The notes below the pieces were generated by a model. The model did no database searches. It was not told the origin of the DNA and was given only the letters and a program-made list of their open reading frames with translations. From Oscillospiraceae bacterium (lineage in GTDB: Bacteria > Bacillota > Clostridia > UMGS1810), in the NCBI GenBank assembly GCA_015068975.1, contig SVJM01000003.1, positions 43,437 to 67,436 on the forward strand: DNA of 24,000 nucleotides, in the 5' to 3' direction. Below, piece after piece: positions 15,954-22,811 of the stretch (within the stretch, counting starts at the first letter, position 1; each line of letters starts with the position of its first letter). Both the position numbers and the translations under genes were made by a program.

Positions 15954-16490
15954 CTATCCCTCATAGTTGTATCCGATTTCAACAGCCTTCATATTAAGGT
16001 CAAAAAGATTCTGTTTCTTTGCAGACACTACTTTACTCATAGCTTTTTCTACATTTTCGAAAGGAATGATACCGCTCTTTTTGATCATCATACCAATCAT
16101 AATCATATTTGCAAGACCGGGGAGATTTTCGTCAGATGCAATCTTTGTTGCAGGGATGTAATGAACATCCACATCGTCTCTTGTTACCTTTCTTTCAATA
16201 AGAGAAGAATCTACAAAAATCTGTCCGCCTTTTACTGTAGCATTTTCATATTTATCAAGTGATGGTCCGTTCATAGCAATAAGGATGTCAGGCTTGTCAA
16301 CGATAGGTGAGCCTACCTTTGAATCTGAAATGATGATAGAGCAGTTTGCTGTACCGCCTCTCATTTCAGGACCATATGAAGGAAGCCAGCTTACTTCCTT
16401 TCCGTCTATAAGACCTTCATAAGCAAGGAATTTTCCTGAGAACAAAATTCCCTGTCCGCCAAATCCGGCAATAAGAATTTGTTTGTTCAT
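15954..16490 (-). CDS. 2-oxoacid:ferredoxin oxidoreductase, gamma subunit
   Basis: 178 aa starting ILIAGFGGQGILFSGKFLA...SYGPEMRGGTANC, typical of the POR/KOR/VOR gamma family. Confidence 0.85.
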   Translation of the reverse strand: MNKQILIAGFGGQGILFSGKFLAYEGLIDGKEVSWLPSYGPEMRGGTANCSIIISDSKVGSPIVDKPDILIAMNGPSLDKYENATVKGGQIFVDSSLIERKVTRDDVDVHYIPATKIASDENLPGLANMIMIGMMIKKSGIIPFENVEKAMSKVVSAKKQNLFDLNMKAVEIGYNYEG

Positions 16491-16491
16491 C

Positions 16492-17238
16492 TTATTTTTC
16501 CTCCTTTGTTTTGTCCTTATATACTCCGAGAGGATAATAAGGAATCATATTTTCTTCAAGCCATCCTAACGCATCAACAGGAGATTTACCCCAGTTTGTA
16601 GGGCATGTAGAGAGAACCTCTACAAGTGAAAAGCCCTTGCCGTCAATCTGATTCTGGAAAGCTTTTTTGATTGCTTCTTTTGCTTTTTTGATATTTTTTA
16701 CGTTGTTTACTGCAACTCTTTCAAGATATGTTGCACCGTCTACCTGTGAAAGCATTTCACATACCTTTACAGGATAACCAACTGTATTTACATCTCTTCC
16801 GTAAGGTGATGTCTGTGTGATCTGACCGGGAAGTGTGGTTGGAGCCATCTGTCCGCCTGTCATACCATAGATAGCATTGTTTACAAAGATAACAGTGATA
16901 TTTTCGCCTCTTGCTGCTGCGTGAACTGTCTCTGCAGTACCGATAGCCGCAAGGTCACCATCACCCTGATATGTGAAAACTATGTTATTTGCATCAGATC
17001 TTTTAACACCTGTAGCAACTGCAGGAGCACGACCATGAGCCGCCTGAACCATATCCACGTTGAAATAGTTGTATGAGAATACAGAACAACCAACAGATGC
17101 AACACCGATGGTTCTGCCCTGAACACCAAGTTCATCAATAACTTCTGCTACAAGTCTGTGGATGATACCATGTGTACATCCCGGGCAATAATGAAGTACG
17201 TTATTGGTAAGTGCTTTTGGTTTTTGGAATACTGTCAT
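16492..17238 (-). CDS. 2-oxoacid:ferredoxin oxidoreductase, beta (TPP-binding) subunit
   Basis: CPGCTHGI Cys motif and GDGDLAAIG TPP motif. Its start overlaps the alpha-subunit stop (TAATG). Confidence 0.9.
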   Translation of the reverse strand: MTVFQKPKALTNNVLHYCPGCTHGIIHRLVAEVIDELGVQGRTIGVASVGCSVFSYNYFNVDMVQAAHGRAPAVATGVKRSDANNIVFTYQGDGDLAAIGTAETVHAAARGENITVIFVNNAIYGMTGGQMAPTTLPGQITQTSPYGRDVNTVGYPVKVCEMLSQVDGATYLERVAVNNVKNIKKAKEAIKKAFQNQIDGKGFSLVEVLSTCPTNWGKSPVDALGWLEENMIPYYPLGVYKDKTKEEK

Positions 17239-18308
17239 TAGTTTTCACCTCCGATTTTAGCTGCTTCTTCTATAGATTTGAGTACATCATCAGTAGTGGT
17301 GATCATACCGCCTACTCTGTTGCAAAGAAGAACAGGCTTCTTACATTCAATACTCAATTTAACATCTTCTATCATCTGTCCCATACTAAGCTCTACAGAA
17401 ACAAATGCTTTTACCTTGTCTGCTGCTTTGTTGAGTACATCCTTAGGGAATGGCCAGAGAGTAATAGGTCTGATCATGCCTACCTTGATGCCTTTCTTTC
17501 TTGCTTCGTCGATAGCATTCTTTGATACTCTGGCTGCAACACCAAATGCTACGATACAGATTTCTGCATCATCCATAAGGTATTCTTCATACATTACTTC
17601 GTTTTCTTCCACCATTTTGTATCTTTCGTATCTTTCGAAGTTGATCTTTTCAAGCTCTGCAGGATCGATATAGAGAGAGTTTACAATATTTGGCTCTCTT
17701 TCACACTTTGTACCTGTAAGTGCCCAGTTCTTTTCATACTTGGTCACTTCTCCCATATCAAGTGATACAGGCTCCATCATCTGACCCATAGTACCATCTG
17801 CAAGAATCATAGCAGGCATCCTGTACTTTTCTGCAAGGTCAAAGCCCTTGAAGGTAAGGTTTACCATTTCCTGAACAGAATCAGGTGCAAGTACCAGCAT
17901 ATGATAATCACCATGACCGCCGCCACGTGTAGCCTGGAAATAGTCAGACTGTGAAGGCTGGATACCGCCAAGACCGGGGCCGCCTCTCTGTACGTTTATT
18001 ACAAGTGCAGGAAGGTCACAGCCTGCAAGGTATGAAAGACCTTCACTCTTTAAGGAAACACCGGGGCTTGAAGATGAAGTCATAACTCTTTTGCCTGTTG
18101 AAGCAACACCAATAACCATATTGATAGCTGCTACTTCACTTTCTGCCTGCAAAAATACTCCGCCATCTACCTTAGGGAGTCTTTTTGACATATATGCCGC
18201 AACCTCTGTCTGCGGTGTAATAGGATAACCGAAATAATGCTTACATCCTGCCATGATAGCAGCTTCAGCCATTGCTTCGTTTCCTTTCATCAAAACTTTT
18301 TCGCTCAT
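17238..18308 (-). CDS. 2-oxoacid:ferredoxin oxidoreductase, alpha subunit (VorB/KorA-like; 2-ketoisovalerate or 2-oxoglutarate type)
   Basis: Reads MKGNEAMAEAAIMAGCKHYFGYPITPQTEV...AESEVAAINMVIGVASTGKRVMTSSSSPG. Its 356-aa length fits four-subunit enzymes. Substrate cannot be read from the sequence alone. Confidence 0.9.
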   Translation of the reverse strand: MSEKVLMKGNEAMAEAAIMAGCKHYFGYPITPQTEVAAYMSKRLPKVDGGVFLQAESEVAAINMVIGVASTGKRVMTSSSSPGVSLKSEGLSYLAGCDLPALVINVQRGGPGLGGIQPSQSDYFQATRGGGHGDYHMLVLAPDSVQEMVNLTFKGFDLAEKYRMPAMILADGTMGQMMEPVSLDMGEVTKYEKNWALTGTKCEREPNIVNSLYIDPAELEKINFERYERYKMVEENEVMYEEYLMDDAEICIVAFGVAARVSKNAIDEARKKGIKVGMIRPITLWPFPKDVLNKAADKVKAFVSVELSMGQMIEDVKLSIECKKPVLLCNRVGGMITTTDDVLKSIEEAAKIGGEN

Positions 18309-18320
18309 ATTAAAACCTCC

Positions 18321-18524
18321 TTATTTCTCAACTGTGATTACGCAATCAGGACACATTGTTGCACAGAATGCACAACCGATACAGTCATCGGGAGATACAA
18401 CTGTTGCAGGATGGTATCCTTTTGCATTAAGATCATCTTTAAGCGCTACGATCTTTTTTGGACAAGCTGTCACACAAAGACCGCAACCCTTACACAAATT
18501 TTCGTTAAAAGTTACTTTTGCCAT
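18321..18524 (-). CDS. 2-oxoacid:ferredoxin oxidoreductase, delta subunit (2x[4Fe-4S] ferredoxin)
   Basis: 67 aa with two CxxCxxCxxxCP motifs: CKGCGLCVTACP and CIGCAFCATMCP. Confidence 0.85.
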   Translation of the reverse strand: MAKVTFNENLCKGCGLCVTACPKKIVALKDDLNAKGYHPATVVSPDDCIGCAFCATMCPDCVITVEK

Positions 18525-18558
18525 ATGTACTCTTCCTTTCTTAAAAAGAAATCGGGGA

Positions 18559-18588
18559 AAATCACAGAATATGATATTTCTGTGATTT
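18559..18588. promoter_or_regulatory. Perfect 11-bp inverted repeat upstream of the oxidoreductase genes (operator or intercistronic stem-loop)
   Basis: AAATCACAGAA (18559-18569), an 8-nt loop, then TTCTGTGATTT (18578-18588). It sits in the 88-nt gap between the ATPase gene and the delta-subunit gene. Confidence 0.4.
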
Positions 18589-18612
18589 GTCCACTATAAA
18601 TTTCTGATATTT

Positions 18613-19299
18613 TTAGTTTTCTTTTGCCCAGCTTTGTCTCACATAGAGGGTAATCGGGAAAAGATTATCAACCTTATCTTTTAGTATATCACAAAGACTA
18701 TCCTTTGCACAAGTCATTTTTATATTAAGACCTGTAAGTGATGCAACTTTGTCTGCATATTCAAGTGAATTAATAACATTTTCCGCTGTGGTTTCGTCTC
18801 CAAGGTTTGAATTATTTACGATTCCCGTAAACTTCATCCCTGCTGCCTCCTCAATCTCTCTCATTACTTGGATTGTAGACTGAGGATCAGATGTAAGGTA
18901 GCGATATTTGTTTATTACAAACAAAAACTCATAGTTACCTTCTTTTAAGATATAGTCAGCATATCTTCCCAATGCCAGTGCACCTCTGTCGTCTCCGCCT
19001 ACATCAATTATACCTATCTGATCCACATCGTGAAATATGGAATAGGTCTCTGCCGGAAGTGCCGGAGTATCCACATTTGTGTTGGCATAGGGTGACGAGA
19101 TAAGCTTGACAGAATGTTCTTTGAGGATGTCCATAGAATCCTTTGTTCTGAAATATGGATTTACTATGTCAAGATCGGCGATGGTCACTTTGTCAAATGA
19201 CTCTTTTAATTTAAGTGCATAGTTTATTGCAATATTGGTTTTTCCCGAGCCGTAATGACCGGCAAAAACTGTAATTCGCTTTAGATTTCTACTGTCCAT
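18613..19299 (-). CDS. P-loop NTPase of the SIMIBI/MinD-ParA-CooC-like class (function unknown)
   Basis: Walker A VFAGHYGSGKTN, then ADLDIVNPYF, then a Walker B-like IGIIDVGGDD. The start overlaps the 3' end of ilvE by 19 nt, and GAGGA lies 9 nt upstream of the ATG. Confidence 0.7.
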   Translation of the reverse strand: MDSRNLKRITVFAGHYGSGKTNIAINYALKLKESFDKVTIADLDIVNPYFRTKDSMDILKEHSVKLISSPYANTNVDTPALPAETYSIFHDVDQIGIIDVGGDDRGALALGRYADYILKEGNYEFLFVINKYRYLTSDPQSTIQVMREIEEAAGMKFTGIVNNSNLGDETTAENVINSLEYADKVASLTGLNIKMTCAKDSLCDILKDKVDNLFPITLYVRQSWAKEN

Positions 19300-20339
19300 C
19301 CGAATGTATCCTCAACTTTTCCCCACTGAATACCGGTGAGAATATTGTAGAGCTTCTGTGTTACTTCGCCGATTTCCATATTATTGATTGTGTATTTTTT
19401 GTCATCATAGAAAAGCTCACCGATTGGAGATACAACTGCTGCTGTACCGCAACCCCACGCTTCTTCAAGTGTTCCGTTTTCCATAGCTTCTGTAAGCTCA
19501 TCTACAGAAAGAAGTCTTTCTGTTACTGTGTAGCCTTCTTTTCTCAACACTTCGATACATGACTTTCTTGTGATACCCGGGAGAATTGAGCCTGTAAGTG
19601 CAGGTGTGATGATTTCTCCGTTGATTTTGAACATTACGTTCATAGCGCCAACTTCTTCGATGTATTTTCTTTCTACACCATCAAGCCAGAGCACCTGTGT
19701 AAAGCCTTTCTTTTCAGCATTTTCGCCTGCTCTGTTTGCTGCTGCGTAGTTACCGCCGCATTTAGCAAAGCCTGTGCCCCCTCTTACTGCTCTTACATCG
19801 TCCTTTTCGATCATAATCTTAACAGGATTGATTCCTTCAGGATAGTAGCTTCCTGATGGTGATGCAATGATAACGAATGTTGAACGGTTGATTGAGTGAA
19901 CACCAAGTGTTTCGTCATTTCCGAAGAGGAAAGGTCTTATATAGAGGGATTCGCCTTCGTTTGAAGGTACCCAGTCTTTTTCTACTTCTACAAATGTCTT
20001 GATAGCTTCAAGCATATCTTCTTCAGGCATAATAGGAAGTCTTAATCTTTCTGCAGAGTTGTTCATTCTCTTAACATTTTCCAATGGTCTGAAAAGCTGA
20101 ACCTTGCCGTCTGCTCTTCTGTAAGCCTTCATACCTTCGAAGATTTCTGCGCCGTAGTGGAATACTGTTGCTGCAGGATGCATAGAAAGATTTCCGAAAG
20201 GAATGATCTTTGCATCATGCCAACCTTTGTCTCTTGTGTATTCTGCTACAAACATATGATCTGTAAAAGTCTTTCCGAAACCAAGATTTTCGGTAGGTTT
20301 AACCTTTGGTGTTGTTGTTTTTGTAATTTTAATTTCCAT
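19281..20339 (-). CDS. ilvE: Branched-chain amino acid aminotransferase (fold-type IV)
   Basis: 352 aa with EGMKAYR, GGTGFAKCGGNYAAA, EEVGAMNVMF and LPGITRKS. AAGGAG lies 8 nt before the ATG. Confidence 0.9.
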   Translation of the reverse strand: MEIKITKTTTPKVKPTENLGFGKTFTDHMFVAEYTRDKGWHDAKIIPFGNLSMHPAATVFHYGAEIFEGMKAYRRADGKVQLFRPLENVKRMNNSAERLRLPIMPEEDMLEAIKTFVEVEKDWVPSNEGESLYIRPFLFGNDETLGVHSINRSTFVIIASPSGSYYPEGINPVKIMIEKDDVRAVRGGTGFAKCGGNYAAANRAGENAEKKGFTQVLWLDGVERKYIEEVGAMNVMFKINGEIITPALTGSILPGITRKSCIEVLRKEGYTVTERLLSVDELTEAMENGTLEEAWGCGTAAVVSPIGELFYDDKKYTINNMEIGEVTQKLYNILTGIQWGKVEDTFGWTVEI

Positions 20340-20354
20340 TTTTTTATCTCCTTA

Positions 20355-22811
20355 TCAGTCTTCAGTAACGATACCTTCGACTTTTTTTATTTTTAATCTT
20401 TCTACTGCTTCTTCTCTCATTTTGTATTTGAGAATCTTTCCTGCGGCATTCATTGGGAATGCATCCACAAAGTCTATATATTTTGGACATTTGTGCTTAG
20501 CCATATGTGAACGGATGTATTCCTTCATCTCATCCACGGTCATTTCTTCGTTTTCCTTAAGAACGATACAAGCCATAATTTCTTCGCCATACTGCTCATC
20601 AGGAATACCGATTACCTGTACATCCTTTACCTTATCGTGAGTATAGATAAATTCTTCTATTTCCTTAGGGTAGATATTTTCTCCGCCTCGGATAATCATA
20701 TCCTTAAGTCTTCCTGTGATACGGTAGTTTCCTTCAGGTGTGCGAAGTGCAAGGTCACCTGTATGGAGCCATCCGTCCTTGTCAATAGCTGCAGCTGTTG
20801 CAGCAGGCATTTTGTAATAGCCTTTCATAATGTTGTATCCTCTTGCAACAAACTCACCTGTTACATTATCAGGAAGATCCTCACCTGTTTCAGGATCTAT
20901 TATCTTACATTCTATCTCAGGAAGTGCTCTTCCTACAGTGGAAACTCTCACTTCTATCGAATCGTCTGTGGAGCTCATTGTACATCCGGGACTTGCTTCT
21001 GTCTGACCATATACGATGGTGATTTCTGTCATATTCATTTCTTCCACCACCTGCTTCATCACAGGCTCAGGACAAGGAGACCCTGCCATAATACCTGTTC
21101 TCATATGTGAGAAGTCTGTCTTTTTGAAGTCAGGATGCTCAAGCATTGCAATAAACATTGTAGGCACACCGTGGAAGGCTGTAATGTGTTCCTGATGAAC
21201 ACATGCAAGTGCAGGCTTCGGTGTGAAGTACGGAAGCGGATAAAGTGTTCCGCCATGGGTCATAGTGGCTGTCATTGCAAGTACCATACCAAAGCAGTGG
21301 AACATTGGCACCTGAATCATCATGCGGTCTGCAGTGGACAAGTCCATTCTGTCGCCGATACACTTACCGTTGTTTACTACATTGTAGTGGGTAAGCATTA
21401 CACCCTTAGGGAAGCCTGTTGTACCTGATGTATACTGCATATTACATACATCGTGCACATTTACCTTGTCTGCCATTCTTCTTATTTCGTCTATATGCAC
21501 CTTATCACCTTTGGAAAGTGCCTTATCCCATGTAAGACAACCCTTTTGCTTGTATCCGATGGTGATAATGTTTCTTAAGAACGGAAGTCTCTTTGAATGA
21601 AGTGGTGCATCATCAGGCTTACTTTCAAGCTCAGGACAAAGCTCAGCCATAATTCCTGCATAGTCAGAATCACGGTATCCCTCAATCTGAATAAGAGTAT
21701 GTGTGTCTGACTGCTTCAAGAGATACTCTGCTTCGTGTATCTTGTAGGCAGTGTTTACTGTTACAAGTACAGCACCGATTTTTGTAGTAGCCCAGAATGC
21801 TATGTACCATTCGGGTACATTTGTCGCCCAGAGAGCCACATGGCTACCTGCCCTGACACCAAGTGCTACAAGTGCCTTGGCAAAGTTGTCAACATCATCT
21901 CTGAACTGCGAATATGTCCTTGTATAATCAAGTGTGGTATATTTAAAAGCATACTGGTCAGGAAATTCCTCAACCATCTTGTCAAGCACCTGAGAAAATG
22001 TCTTTTCTATAAGTGCTTCCTTCTTCCATACAAACTTTCCTGTCTTTCTGTTGTTGTCATAGAGTGTGCTTTGTGCTCTGGAAAGATCATTGTAACGTGA
22101 CATAAAGCTTACAAAGTGCGGAAAAATAATATCGTAATCACTTATTTCATCTACCCACTGAGGATCCCACTCTATAGAAACAAATCCGTCAAAATTTATA
22201 CTTCTGAGAGCATTGATAAAGTCATCTATAGGAAGTGAACCTTCGCCGATGATTGAGTGAACATTTTCACTCTCTGAGTCCTTGATATGAACGTGCTTAA
22301 TGGATGCACCAAGATTTGTAATTGTCTGCTCTGCCGTTTCTCCGTTTACTCTGTAAGGATAGTGAAGATCCCAGAGTGTACCAAGATTGTCATGGGCAAA
22401 CTCTACAATAAGCTCACGGAGCTTTGATGTATCAGCATAATAGCCCACAGTTTCCACAAGGATTGTGATTCCTTCTTCTTCTGCAACAGGTAATGCTTTT
22501 CTGACAAACTCTGTTGCATCAGCAGAGGATTTAAGTCTTAAATATGGTGCATGAAGCTTCTTGGCAACGGGAATAGCTGATTCAAATTCCTCAAATGCAG
22601 CCTCACTGTCCGAAATATCTGTCACTATGTCAATGCAGGGCACCTTTACATTATATTCTATAAGTCTGTGATAGACACTTGACAGGTTTTCATCTTTTAA
22701 TTCCCTGACCGAGTGAATTTCAATTCCGTTGAACTTATACTCGGATGCAATGCTTAAAAAGTCTGCAAAACTGAAATCAGACCATTTATTTGTTGAAAAC
22801 GATAAGTTCAT
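20355..22811 (-). CDS. Fusion protein: N-terminal xylose-isomerase-like TIM barrel (sugar phosphate isomerase/epimerase, AP_endonuc_2 type) plus C-terminal AMP-dependent acyl-CoA ligase
   Basis: One uninterrupted 818-aa frame. Residues ~1-245 read FNGIEIHS...ILVETVGY...HVHIKDS...VSIEWDP. Residues ~265-818 carry YTSGTTGFPKGVMLTH, YGQTEASP, WLHTGDLA...GRLKDMIIRGGENIYPKEIE and AGKILK. ATG 22811 overlaps the upstream stop (TGATG), with GAGGAGG 7 nt upstream. Confidence 0.85.
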   Translation of the reverse strand: MNLSFSTNKWSDFSFADFLSIASEYKFNGIEIHSVRELKDENLSSVYHRLIEYNVKVPCIDIVTDISDSEAAFEEFESAIPVAKKLHAPYLRLKSSADATEFVRKALPVAEEEGITILVETVGYYADTSKLRELIVEFAHDNLGTLWDLHYPYRVNGETAEQTITNLGASIKHVHIKDSESENVHSIIGEGSLPIDDFINALRSINFDGFVSIEWDPQWVDEISDYDIIFPHFVSFMSRYNDLSRAQSTLYDNNRKTGKFVWKKEALIEKTFSQVLDKMVEEFPDQYAFKYTTLDYTRTYSQFRDDVDNFAKALVALGVRAGSHVALWATNVPEWYIAFWATTKIGAVLVTVNTAYKIHEAEYLLKQSDTHTLIQIEGYRDSDYAGIMAELCPELESKPDDAPLHSKRLPFLRNIITIGYKQKGCLTWDKALSKGDKVHIDEIRRMADKVNVHDVCNMQYTSGTTGFPKGVMLTHYNVVNNGKCIGDRMDLSTADRMMIQVPMFHCFGMVLAMTATMTHGGTLYPLPYFTPKPALACVHQEHITAFHGVPTMFIAMLEHPDFKKTDFSHMRTGIMAGSPCPEPVMKQVVEEMNMTEITIVYGQTEASPGCTMSSTDDSIEVRVSTVGRALPEIECKIIDPETGEDLPDNVTGEFVARGYNIMKGYYKMPAATAAAIDKDGWLHTGDLALRTPEGNYRITGRLKDMIIRGGENIYPKEIEEFIYTHDKVKDVQVIGIPDEQYGEEIMACIVLKENEEMTVDEMKEYIRSHMAKHKCPKYIDFVDAFPMNAAGKILKYKMREEAVERLKIKKVEGIVTED

